A DNA stretch of 64,000 nucleotides from an uncultured Acidobacteriota bacterium (GTDB lineage: Bacteria; Acidobacteriota; Vicinamibacteria; Vicinamibacterales; UBA2999), in contig CAVYZF010000001.1 in the NCBI GenBank assembly GCA_963772955.1, positions 147,860 to 211,859 on the forward strand, written 5' to 3'. Positions within the stretch are counted from its first letter, which is position 1; every line of letters starts with the position of its first letter. Positions 41,711-51,703 of this stretch are shown piece by piece. Below the pieces are notes generated by a model. The model was given only the letters and a program-made list of their open reading frames with translations. It was not told where the DNA came from and did no database searches. The position numbers and the translations under genes are program-made.

Positions 41711-42418
41711 ATGCGGAAGAGTGTGTTGGCAGCATCGATGTTGGCACTGACCGTGGCGGTGGCCCCGGCGTGCGCGACGAAGAAGTTCGTGCGAACCGAG
41801 GTCGGCAATGTCAACGGCAAGGTTGACACGCTGACGACCACTGTCGAGGAGACACAGGAGCGCACCCGCCGCAACGAAGAGCGGATCGGCGTGGTGGACG
41901 AGAAGGCCGAAGCAGCAGGCAAGTCGGCAAGCTCAGCACGCGCAGCCGCTGACGCTGCCGCAGCTACCGCCAATTCAGCGGCAGCCGCTGCAAAGGACGT
42001 CGACGGCAAGGTCGTCACGGTGAACAACCGCGTGACGGCGGTCGAAGCATCGTCCCGACGGCTGATTTACGAGGTGACTCTGAGCGAGGATCAGGGCAAC
42101 TTCGCATTCAACAAGGCACTGTTGCCCGATGAGGCGAAAGCGCGGCTGGACAAGATGGTCGCCGACCTCAAGGCTGATCCGAAGGGCATCTTCATCGAGA
42201 TCGAAGGCCACACCGACAATCGCGGTACGCCAGAGGTCAATGAGAAGATCGGGATGGAGCGCGCCGAAGCGGTGAAACGTTATCTCTACGAGCAGCACCA
42301 GGTGCCTCTCCACAAGATCAACGTGATCTCGTACGGTGAAGAGAAGCCGGTTGCGCCGAACAACACCCGTGACGGTCGCGCGCAGAACCGCCGCGTCGTC
42401 GTCAAGGTCCTGTCGTAA
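41711..42418 (+). CDS. OmpA-family lipoprotein with Ala-rich coiled-coil spacer
   Basis: Lipobox-like LTVAVAPAC, an Ala-rich helical region, and an OmpA_C domain (FIEIEGHTDNRGT..NEKIGMERAEAVKRYL...NRRVVVKV). Confidence 0.85.
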   Translation: MRKSVLAASMLALTVAVAPACATKKFVRTEVGNVNGKVDTLTTTVEETQERTRRNEERIGVVDEKAEAAGKSASSARAAADAAAATANSAAAAAKDVDGKVVTVNNRVTAVEASSRRLIYEVTLSEDQGNFAFNKALLPDEAKARLDKMVADLKADPKGIFIEIEGHTDNRGTPEVNEKIGMERAEAVKRYLYEQHQVPLHKINVISYGEEKPVAPNNTRDGRAQNRRVVVKVLS

Positions 42419-42432
42419 GCTGCACGTCGAGG

Positions 42433-42463
42433 TAGGGCGGATCCGTTCAGTGGATCCGCCCTA
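42433..42463. terminator. Perfect 12-bp hairpin between convergent genes (bidirectional terminator candidate)
   Basis: TAGGGCGGATCC-GTTCAGT-GGATCCGCCCTA begins 15 nt after the ompA-like stop and is followed by TCTCATCTT. It overlaps the stop codon of the convergent gene. Confidence 0.65.
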
Positions 42464-43099
42464 TCTCATCTTCCCGAGATCGATCGCAACCCTCGCCAGT
42501 TCAGCCTTTCCGTCCAGCACAACAACATCGAGGCGCTGATTCGGATCGAACGCCGATCCATCCATCGGCGCGAGGATCGTTCCCCCGACAACAGTCTGGC
42601 CTCCGCCGATCTGAGGACCAGGCAGCGCCGGTCCGCTGGATTCCGCGCGCGGCCCGAATCGAGGAAACCGCTCGATCCGTTTCGGTTCGACCCGACGACC
42701 GTCCGGCAAGAGAATCTGCACCTGATACAACGGCACCGCGACGAAGGTGTTCAGCGGGTGGAAGCTCATCTCGATGAGGAGGTCGATCTGATTGACGACG
42801 TCCTTCATGACCGCGATGGCCTCCTGTTGCGAGAACATGCGACCGCCGCGGCGCGCGTTGTTCTCCGCGGCGAGCTCCACGCGGTGGAACGGTGTGATGA
42901 CGTCGATCCAATCGATCGGCGGCTGAACGGTGCGCACGCGGTAGGGTGCGTGAAACCTGGTGCGCTCCGACTCGATGCGCGATTGACCGATGTAAATGGC
43001 CTCTTCGACGGCTCGTCGATCCAGCTCGATCTGGACCGCATGCGGTGACGCGGCTCCCCACGCAAGGCAACCCACCACGACAGCCACCAGCCGCTTCAT
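42461..43099 (-). CDS. Hypothetical secreted protein
   Basis: Trimmed to ATG 43099, where a signal peptide begins (MKRLVAVVVGCLAWGAASPHA). No family was recognised. The longer track ORF (to 43243) would run through a 17-bp perfect inverted repeat. Confidence 0.45.
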   Translation of the reverse strand: MKRLVAVVVGCLAWGAASPHAVQIELDRRAVEEAIYIGQSRIESERTRFHAPYRVRTVQPPIDWIDVITPFHRVELAAENNARRGGRMFSQQEAIAVMKDVVNQIDLLIEMSFHPLNTFVAVPLYQVQILLPDGRRVEPKRIERFPRFGPRAESSGPALPGPQIGGGQTVVGGTILAPMDGSAFDPNQRLDVVVLDGKAELARVAIDLGKMR

Positions 43100-43165
43100 G
43101 TCGCGAATCGTAGCAGACGAGCCGCGGGCTACGCCCGCACGGAGTGCGGGCAAGAAGACGCTGTG

Positions 43166-43210
43166 ACTAACGAGGCCCGCCCCTCGACGGTCTGGGCGGG
43201 CCTCGTTAGT
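43166..43210. repeat. 17-bp perfect GC-rich inverted repeat (11-nt loop) in a divergent intergenic region
   Basis: ACTAACGAGGCCCGCCC ... GGGCGGGCCTCGTTAGT ends 8 nt before the ATG at 43219. Confidence 0.6.
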
Positions 43211-43218
43211 ATTGGGCC

Positions 43219-43959
43219 ATGAACGTCGATGGGCGAGTGGCACTCATCACCGGCGGGAAGCGCATCGGCGCCGTGGTCGCCACGGAGCTGGCGCGCGCCG
43301 GCGCCGACGTGGCGCTGGTCTACAACCACTCGAAGGCCGAGGCCGACGAAACGGCACGCGCCGTCGGCGCTGCGGGACAGCGCGGGATCGTGGTCCAGGC
43401 CAACCTGCGCGACCCGGATGGCTGTCAGCGTGCTGTCGATGCGACTGTCGAAGGCCTGGGCCGGCTCGATGTCCTCGTCAACATGGCGTCGGTCTACCGC
43501 TCGGTGCCGTTCGACGAGCTGACCGTGGAGATGTGGAACGCCCAACTCGACGTCGACCTCCGCGCGACGTGGTTGTGCACGCGCGCAGCGGTACCGCACA
43601 TGCGGCGACTCCGCGGCGGCCGAGTGATCAACATCAGCGACTGGCTGGCGCGGAGCAGCAGACCGAGATACGACGGCTATCTGACCTACTACGTGGCAAA
43701 GGCTGGAGTCGCGGCCCTGACCGAAGCGATGGCGCTCGAACTGGCGAAGGATCAGATTCTCGTCAACGCGATCGCGCCTGGACCAATTGTCGCGCCCGAG
43801 GACACGACGAACGAAACGTTCGCGGCCGTGGAGCGGGCGACGCCGCTCGGCCGATGGGGCGGCGAGATCGAGATCGCCAAGATGGTCCTTGCGCTGGTTG
43901 AGAGCGACTTCGTGACCGGCGAGACGATTCGTGTCGACGGCGGTCGACACTTGAAGTAA
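43219..43959 (+). CDS. Short-chain dehydrogenase/reductase (SDR) family oxidoreductase
   Basis: Rossmann motif ITGGKRIGAVV, then NMAS and YYVAKAG (YxxxK). 246 aa. Confidence 0.8.
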   Translation: MNVDGRVALITGGKRIGAVVATELARAGADVALVYNHSKAEADETARAVGAAGQRGIVVQANLRDPDGCQRAVDATVEGLGRLDVLVNMASVYRSVPFDELTVEMWNAQLDVDLRATWLCTRAAVPHMRRLRGGRVINISDWLARSSRPRYDGYLTYYVAKAGVAALTEAMALELAKDQILVNAIAPGPIVAPEDTTNETFAAVERATPLGRWGGEIEIAKMVLALVESDFVTGETIRVDGGRHLK

Positions 43960-44005
43960 CGCCCAACTCCCAAGGCCCCAACTCCCAAAGCCGTTTGGGG
44001 TTGGC

Positions 44006-44875
44006 TCAAGAACCAGATTGGGAGATTGGGAATTGGGAGTCCGCTTTCGCAAGAATCGCCGAAAGCGTCGTCCAGGCATCCGGCATCGGCAGATTGCAAA
44101 TGCAGAAGTGCCGCACGCCGAGCGCACGGACGGCTGTCAGCGTCCGCGCGCAGACGTCAACCGCGCTCAACCCGGCGCCGAATTCTTTGACGAGTCCGTC
44201 GATCGGAACGGGCATGAAGCGGTTGAGCGTCGCCAACGTCTTTGGACTCGCGCTGCGGTAAAAGAAGACGCTGAACATTCCCGGCAAAGCCACGCGCCTG
44301 CGATCGACCTCATCGAGGAAGCGCTTCACCGGCTCGAGATTGAGGTGGCTCACGACCTGCGTGAGATAGAACTCCGCACAGAAGCGAGCATCGAGCAGGA
44401 AGTCGACTTGCGTGCTTGCCGAGGCATGTGGGTTTGCCCACCCTCCGAGCGAGAGACGCGGTTCCCGTTCGCGGATCATCGCTCGCAGGTCCCACGCGTG
44501 TTCCACACATCGAGGGTGACCGACCGACGTATCACCGCCGAGGACCACCAGCGAGGAGAATCCCTGTTGCCACGCCTGCTCGGCGTACGACAGACAGAAC
44601 TCGAGTGAGTGTTTGCTCGTCAGGAACGGCGTCACCAGGTCGCGCGGCAGCTCGCGACCGAGGTTCGTGCTCAGATGCCGAAGGTTGTTTTCTTCAGGCG
44701 TGCCGACGGCACTGTCGGTGAGAAACGCTGGCACGCGATGCCGGCCCAGTCGGCGGATCTCGTGGTAGCTGTCGATCCACGCATCCATTCCCTCTACGGA
44801 GCCGAGCTCGGCCCTGGGAGGGCGAAGCTCCACGGCAACGACGGCGTCCTCGCCGTCAAGCGCTTTCGCCAGCAT
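44006..44875 (-). CDS. Methylenetetrahydrofolate reductase-family protein (tentative)
   Basis: The pattern VELRPP....FLTDS....VVLGGD....GGWANP....FYLTQVV resembles the MTHFR TIM-barrel family. The assignment is by eye only. Confidence 0.45.
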   Translation of the reverse strand: MLAKALDGEDAVVAVELRPPRAELGSVEGMDAWIDSYHEIRRLGRHRVPAFLTDSAVGTPEENNLRHLSTNLGRELPRDLVTPFLTSKHSLEFCLSYAEQAWQQGFSSLVVLGGDTSVGHPRCVEHAWDLRAMIREREPRLSLGGWANPHASASTQVDFLLDARFCAEFYLTQVVSHLNLEPVKRFLDEVDRRRVALPGMFSVFFYRSASPKTLATLNRFMPVPIDGLVKEFGAGLSAVDVCARTLTAVRALGVRHFCICNLPMPDAWTTLSAILAKADSQFPISQSGS

Positions 44876-47120
44876 CTACTCGCGCGACGACCGTACCGCC
44901 GGAGTGGCAGGCTCCGTCACGCGCATCACAAAGTCGAACATCGTCTGGTGGAGATGCGCGATCAGTCGAGGATCGCCGAACCCGTGCCGCTGCTTCGCGT
45001 AGACCATCATCTCGAACGGCTTGCCGGCTTTCTGCAACTCGTACGCAAACTGCACCGAGTTCTGCATGTGGACGTTGTCGTCCATCGTGCCGTGAATCAG
45101 CAGCATTTTCGCGTTCAACCGATCGGCCGCGAAACGAGGGGCCGTGCGTCGATACCCGTCGGCATTGTGTTGCGGCAGCTTCATCAGCCGCTCAGTGTAG
45201 ACCGAGTCGTAGTCCCGCCAGTCCGTCACTGGTGCCCCGACGATGCCTGCGGACCAACTGGTGCTGTGCGTCAGGGCATACGCCGTCATAAAGCCACCGT
45301 AGCTCCATCCGCTGAGCACGAGGCGTGACGGGTCCACCCACGACTGCTGTTTCAACCAGGTCACGCCGTCCTCGAGGTCCTGCAACTCCAGCTCACCGAG
45401 CCGACCTGTACACGGGCCACTGCGATTCTGCGCCCTTTCCGCTCGCGCTCCTGTTGTCGAGAACCCAGCAGACGATCCCGTGCTGGGCGAGCATCTGCAG
45501 GAACAGGTAGTCAGGACCGCCCCATGAATCGCGAACCTCCGCCAAACCGGGCCCTGCGTAGGTGAATTGGTAGATCGGATAGCGGCGTGACGGATTGAAA
45601 TCCAGCGGCTTGATCAACATTCCGTCCATCACGAATCCGTCGCGCGTACGTACCTGCACGAACTCGGGCGGCGTCAGCTTGAAATCGGCCAGAGCGGGGA
45701 CCGCGTTGCCGTCGATCACGCGGGTTTCGGAGCCATCCGATCGATGGAGGCGGACCTGCGTCGGCGTCGTGACGTTGCTCCAGACGCCCACGTACTGCGA
45801 GAAATCGGGACTGAAGATCGCGCGGTTCGTGCCACCACTTTGCGAGAGTCGCGTCATCCCGGTGCCATCGAGCCGGATGCGGTAGATGTCAGTGGCGATC
45901 GAATTCCGCTCCGGCGAGGAGAAGTAGGCGACGTTGTTCGCCTCGTCCACGCCGAAGAAGCTGCGGACCTCCCAGCGTCCGGTCGTGATCTGTTTCAGCA
46001 TCTCGCCCGCTGCGCTGTAGCGATACAGGTGCTTGAAGCCGCTGCGTTCGCTGAACCAGAGGAAGGAGCCGTCCTTCAACCACACAGGGTTGCCGTTCTC
46101 GTTCACCCACGCGGACGTCGTCTCTCGAAGCACACGCCGTGCGCTCCCGTTCGATGCGTCGGCCAGATTCAGGTCGAGCCATGTCTGCTCGCGGTCCTGC
46201 ACCTGATGAACGATCTGCGTCGAGTCGGGAGTCCAGCCGACGTTGACAATCAGAAACTCGGTTGACGAGTACGAGCTGAGATCGACCCAGGACGGACCGT
46301 CGCCGGTGACACGGGCCATCCCCAGTTTCGCCGTGGGATTGGGATCGCCGGCTTTCGGGTAGTCGGTGACTTCCAGTGCCGGCCGATACGGAATGTGATC
46401 GACGACCGTGTACTCCGGAACAGGCCGTTCATCGAGTTGAAGGAACGCGAGTCGACTCGAATCCGGACTCCACCAATAGCCCTTGAACTGTCCGCGACCG
46501 TAGATCTCCTCCTGATAGAGCCAGTCGAGCTTTCCGTTCAGCAGCTCACGGGTTCCATCTGTCGTGATCGCCTGCTCACGTTGTGTGGCGATCTCGACGA
46601 CGTGCAGGTTATTGCCTCGCACGAAGGCGACTCGTCGTCCATCAGGGCTGAAGGTTGGGACCTCCTCTTCACCTGACGCTGTCGTGAGTCTCTCGGCCTT
46701 CGCTGCCGCAAACGAGTAGAAGTAGAGATCGTCGGCGATTGTCACCAGCGCACCGGTGCGCGCCGGGTTGAGCGTGAGATCGCTCGAGCGCGCAAGCTCC
46801 GCGGCCTCGTCTCGAGTCACGCCAGGGAGCGCCGCAAGCGCGGTCTCCATCGAGCCGGCATCGAACAAGGGCGAGGTGCGGCCTGACCCCGCGTCGACCT
46901 TGAGCCACTCGACTCCGTTCGCCCCGCGTCGTCGAGAGAGATAGGTCGACGGATTGAGCCACGTGATGCCCGTGTCGGGTGATCCGCTGAAGTTGATGCG
47001 ACGGTTCGGGCTGTAGATGTCATCGACGGTGAGACGTCGAGATCCGACCTGCGCATCGACGGTGACCAGCGTCGCGATGATGCTCAGAGAGAAGGCCGCG
47101 CCGAGAGTTCCCTTTCCCAT
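44876..47120 (-). pseudogene. Dipeptidyl-peptidase IV-like S9B serine peptidase, split by a +1 frameshift near 45396-45405
   Basis: The N-part (45393-47120) carries a signal peptide and a DPP-IV beta-propeller-like region. The C-part (44876-45385) carries the nucleophile elbow SGWSYGG and LIHGTMDDNVH. The C-part frame read upstream gives RLGELELQDLEDGVTW, which continues the N-part (..QWPVYR). Deleting plus-strand A45404 restores one ORF. Confidence 0.8.
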
Positions 47121-47182
47121 GTCGGACAGAGTAGCACCCCGGATGGGCTGCGGTTCAAAAGCCTGATATCGTCATTCGTCAC

Positions 47183-48559
47183 GTGGCGAAACTCACCTTT
47201 CTTGGTGCCGCACGCACCGTCACAGGGTCCAAGTACCTCCTCGAACACAACGGTCAAAAGGTTCTGTTCGACTGTGGGTTGTTCCAGGGGCTCAAGGACC
47301 TGCGTCTGAGAAACTGGGACGAGTTTCCAGTCCCACCAGACAGCCTCAACGCGGTCGTCCTGACGCACGCTCATCTGGACCATGTGGGCTATCTTCCGCG
47401 TCTCGTCGCACAGGGCTATCGCGGAAGAGTCTTCTGCACACCGGGGACCAAGGATCTTTCGCAAGTCGTATTGCCGGACGCCGGGCGCATTCAGGAAGAG
47501 GACGCGAAGCAGGCCAACAAGCACGGCTACTCGAGGCACCATCCAGCGCTGCCGTTGTTCACGGAAAGCGACGCGCTTCGAGCGCTGACGCAGTTGCAGC
47601 CACTAGGATTCGAGCGGCCGATCGAGGCGGTACCAGGTCTCTCGATCGAATTTCATCCGGCCGGTCACCTGCTCGGCTCGGCATTCATCATCGTTCGACT
47701 CGCAGGCGGACCGACGATTCTGTTCGGCGGTGACCTGGGACGTTACAGCCGGCCGATCCTTCCCGACCCTTCCGGCGCGATCGCGGCAGACATCGTTCTC
47801 GTGGAGTCAACGTATGGCGACCGCGAACATCAGCCCGATGATTCAGGTGCGCAGCTTGCAGAGGTCATCAAGAAGACGGCAGGACAGCACGGCAAGCTCG
47901 TGATTCCAGCCTTCGCGATTGGACGCGTGGAGGAGTTGCTTTATTGGGTGCGGCGATTGGAGGCCGAGCACCGAATCCCCGTGCTCCCGGTATACGTCGA
48001 TAGTCCGATGGCGACCGAAGCGCTCAAGTACTACTCTGCTCGTGTGGCGGAACTGGACCCGGATCTGCGTCCGACCGCAGGCCAGGTCTATGCCTTTGCC
48101 ACGACACGGTTCCAGACGGTCTCCTCCCCTCAGCAGTCCAAGGAGCTCACGGCAAGCCGACGACCGGCGATCGTGATCTCATCGAGCGGGATGGCCACGG
48201 GCGGACGTGTGCTCCACCACCTCGCGGCCGCATTGCCAGACCCGAGGAACACGGTCCTCTTCGTTGGTTACCAGGCGGAAGGTACTCGAGGACGACAACT
48301 CGTCGATGGTGCGAAAGACGTCAGGATCCACGGACACAGCATTGCCGTGAACGCGACCGTGACCAGGATCGACTCGATGTCGGCACACGCCGATCGTGGT
48401 GAGATCCTGCGATGGCTTGGAACACTCGGCTCTGCACCTCGCCGCCTGTGCCTCGTGCACGGGGAGCCAGCGCCCATGGATGCCCTCAAAGGTTTGATAC
48501 AGGAGCGCCTGTCGTGGACGCCGCACACGCCGGCGCATGGAGAAACGATTGAGCTCTGA
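47183..48559 (+). CDS. Metallo-beta-lactamase / beta-CASP family RNA-metabolising hydrolase
   Basis: LTFLGAARTVTGSKYLL, the HxHxDH motif (THAHLDHVGYLP), a beta-CASP-like middle region, and a C-terminal HGE segment. The GTG start at 47183 comes from the track. Confidence 0.75.
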   Translation: MAKLTFLGAARTVTGSKYLLEHNGQKVLFDCGLFQGLKDLRLRNWDEFPVPPDSLNAVVLTHAHLDHVGYLPRLVAQGYRGRVFCTPGTKDLSQVVLPDAGRIQEEDAKQANKHGYSRHHPALPLFTESDALRALTQLQPLGFERPIEAVPGLSIEFHPAGHLLGSAFIIVRLAGGPTILFGGDLGRYSRPILPDPSGAIAADIVLVESTYGDREHQPDDSGAQLAEVIKKTAGQHGKLVIPAFAIGRVEELLYWVRRLEAEHRIPVLPVYVDSPMATEALKYYSARVAELDPDLRPTAGQVYAFATTRFQTVSSPQQSKELTASRRPAIVISSSGMATGGRVLHHLAAALPDPRNTVLFVGYQAEGTRGRQLVDGAKDVRIHGHSIAVNATVTRIDSMSAHADRGEILRWLGTLGSAPRRLCLVHGEPAPMDALKGLIQERLSWTPHTPAHGETIEL

Positions 48560-50511
48560 TCGCCGCTATCTCCTCGAGCGCGTCGACGACGCTGCGGTGG
48601 TGCAGCTGTACGCGGACGGCTTCGCGAGTTTGCCCCTTCGTGAAAAGGTTCTCACCTGGCACCTCTACCTCGCCGCGTTGGCCGGCCGTGACATCTACTA
48701 CGACCAGCGACACGCGCGTGGTCTCGACATGCGCGACGTGCTGGAGGCGATCGTCACGCATCCCGAGGGGATCGATGGGACCGTCCTTCAGGAAGTCAGG
48801 CGCTACACGAAACTGTTCTGGATCAACAGCGGCCCGTACAACAACGTGACGGCACGAAAGTTTGTGCTTCGTGTGACGCGTGAGGACCTGATCGAAGCGG
48901 CGGCGGTCGCCGCCAGCAATGGCGCTCGTCTCTCTCGCGGAGAGAACGAGTCGGTCGAAAGGCTGATCGATCGGCTCGCACCGATGTTCCTTGACCCGGC
49001 AGTTGACCCGACGGTGACGAGCAAGACGCCGGGTCCAGGCCGCGACATCCTCACGGCGAGCTCGAACAATTTCTACTCCGGCGTCAGCGCATCACACCTC
49101 GAGAACTACGTTGAGCGCTACGGTCTGAACTCCCGTCTGACGGTGGACAATGGCCGGCTCGTCGAGGAGGTCTACCGGATCGGCGGCCGTTACGATCGCG
49201 AAATCCGCCGCATCGTCGGTCATCTTCGCGACGCGTTGCCGTTTGCGGCACCGTCGATGGATGAGGCACTCCGCGCCCTGATTCGCTTCTACGAAACGGG
49301 CGAGGACGCCGATCGAGTGGCGTACGACATCGCCTGGGTCAGCGACCAGGAGTCGCAGGTCGACACCATCAACGGCTTCGTCGAGGTCTACATGGATCCC
49401 CGCGGCGTCAAGGGCGCGTGGGAAGGGATCGTCAGCTACGTCAACCAGGCCAAGACACGAGATATTCAGGCACTCGCGGCGAACGCGCAGTGGTTCGAAG
49501 ATCGGATGCCGTGGGATCAGCGATTCCGCAAGCCGGACGTCGCAGGCGTCACGGCGCGCGCGATCGAGGTCGTCGTTGAAACAGGGGACTCAGGTCCCTT
49601 GACCGCTGTCGGCATCAATCTGCCGAACGACCAGGCCATTCGCGAGAAATACGGCAGCAAATCCGTGTCGCTCACGAACGTCAGCGATGCATACGAGCGC
49701 TCGACGCCCGAGGCGATGAGAGTGGAGTTCTCGTGGAGCAGGGAAGAGGCCGAGCGGGCAAAGAAATGGGGGGGCTTTGCGCAGGAGCTCACGACGGCCA
49801 TGCACGAGGTCATCGGCCACGGCTCGGGCCGAATGGCTCCCGGTGTCACGGAGCCGCCGCATCGCCTTCTCGGCGAGCAGGTACTCGTCGATTGAAGAAG
49901 CGCGTGCCGACCTGGTCGCGCTCTACTTTCTTCCGGACGCGAAACTCGTCGAACTCGGCATTGTCCCCGGCGACCAGCGCGACGAGATTGTGTCTACCGA
50001 ATACGAGTACTACGTCCGCAATGCGCTGGTTCAATTACGAAGGGTGCGGGAAGGTACGCAGATCGAAGAGGACCACATGCGCAACCGCCAGATGATCGTC
50101 AACTGGTTGCGCGCGCATACATCTGCCGTGGAAGTCCGGCGCCGGGATGGCAACACCTATTACGTGATGGTCGACGCCGATGCGTTTCGCGACGGAGCAG
50201 GCCGCCTGCTCGCCGAGGTGCAACGGATCAAGGGCGAAGGCGACGTCGCGGCAGCACGAGATCTGTTCGAGACCTACGGCGTCCATTTCGACCCGGCACT
50301 CCGCGATGAAATCGTCGCTCGCGTGGATCGACTGCAGCTGCCGTCCTACACTGGTTTCGTGATGCCAAGGCTCGACGCCCGTCGAGATGCCGCCGGGGTC
50401 ATCGTCGACGTCGAGATCTCCTACCCATGTGATCTCGAGACTCAGATGCTCGAGTACTCAGCCTTCGCGCGCCGCGATGACGTTCTCGAACCGCCTTCCG
50501 CCGCACGCTGA
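48537..50511 (+). pseudogene. M49-family (dipeptidyl-peptidase III-like) zinc peptidase, split by a +1 frameshift near 49880
   Basis: HEVIGHGSG (HExxGH) lies in the first ORF, and the second zinc motif EEARADL lies in the second (49777-50511). Removing one G of CAGG at 49880-49881 gives ..LLGEQYSSIEEARADLVALYF.. as one reading frame. Confidence 0.75.
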
Positions 50512-51646
50512 GATCAATCCGCTCAGTCGCGCGCTCGCCTCGCTGCAGGCGGCCGGCGCTCGAATCATCGATCTGACGGAGTCGAATCCGACAACCGTTG
50601 GACTGGACTATCCCGCCGGTTGGCTCGACGTGCTCGGCGCAGAGCACGTCCTCCGGTATGCGCCGCAGTCGCTCGGCCTTGCCGTCGCGCGCGAGGCCGT
50701 CGCTGCCGATTACGCCAGGCGCGGCTCGCGTGTTGATCCCGCGCAGGTTGTTCTGTCCGCCAGTTCGAGCGAGGCGTACAGCTGGCTGTTCAAGCTGCTC
50801 TGCAACCCAGGCGAGGCGGTGCTCGTCCCGCAGCCAAGTTATCCGCTCTTCGAGCACCTCACGCGCCTCGAGGCAGTCCAGGCGATTCCGTATCACCTGC
50901 GCTATCACGGACGATGGGAGATCGATTTCGATTCGGTGAACGCCGCACCGCCTCAGGTACGGGCGCTGCTCCTGGTGTCGCCGAACAATCCGACCGGGTC
51001 CTTTGTCACGAGGGGTGACGCGCGCAGGCTCGGAGAGATCTGCCGCTCGCGCGGATGGGCAATCGTCGCCGATGAAGTGTTTGCCGACTATCCGCTCGAT
51101 GTGGATGAGGCGCCGACTGAAAGCGTCATGAATCTCGACGTCCTCTCGTTCACGCTCGGTGGCGCATCGAAGTCGCTCGGGCTGCCGCAGGTCAAACTCG
51201 GATGGACCGTGGTTGGCGGGCCAGCGAACGAACGCACGCGAGCTCTCGCGGCACTCGAGATCATTGCGGATGCCTTCCTGTCCGTCGGGACCTCTGTCCA
51301 GGGTGCGGCGCCTGCACTCCTGTCCACTGGCGGTGTGGTCAGGGATCAGATCCGACGCCGAATCGCCGACAACCTGGCTCGCGCCAGGGCTCTCGCACAG
51401 GACCATCCGTCGTGTTCACTGCTGCCGGTCGAAGGGGGGTGGTCACTCGTGGTACGAGTCCCGGCTGTCCGCTCTGAAGAAGCATTGGCGCTCGCGTTGC
51501 TCGATCGCGAGCGGGTCCTGGTGCATCCGGGCTACTTCTTCGACTTTCCGCACGAGGCGTTCATCGTGGTCAGCCTGATCGTGCCTCCGGAACAGTTTGC
51601 CGATGGGTTTGCCCGCGCACTGAAGTTTGCCGCGACAAATTCGTAG
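50477..51646 (+). CDS. Class I/II PLP-dependent aminotransferase
   Basis: IIDLTESNPT, AYSWLFKLLCNPGEAVLVPQPSYPLF, SPNNPTG and LGGASKSLGLPQVKLGW (PLP-lysine region). The start was set to ATG 50477 (MTFSNRLPP...); the upstream part of the track ORF overlaps the M49 gene. Confidence 0.75.
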   Translation: MTFSNRLPPHAEINPLSRALASLQAAGARIIDLTESNPTTVGLDYPAGWLDVLGAEHVLRYAPQSLGLAVAREAVAADYARRGSRVDPAQVVLSASSSEAYSWLFKLLCNPGEAVLVPQPSYPLFEHLTRLEAVQAIPYHLRYHGRWEIDFDSVNAAPPQVRALLLVSPNNPTGSFVTRGDARRLGEICRSRGWAIVADEVFADYPLDVDEAPTESVMNLDVLSFTLGGASKSLGLPQVKLGWTVVGGPANERTRALAALEIIADAFLSVGTSVQGAAPALLSTGGVVRDQIRRRIADNLARARALAQDHPSCSLLPVEGGWSLVVRVPAVRSEEALALALLDRERVLVHPGYFFDFPHEAFIVVSLIVPPEQFADGFARALKFAATNS

Positions 51647-51703
51647 CAACGCACGCACGGGTCATAATCAGATCGTCGTCTCGATTCCCACACTCCTTCC
51701 TCA

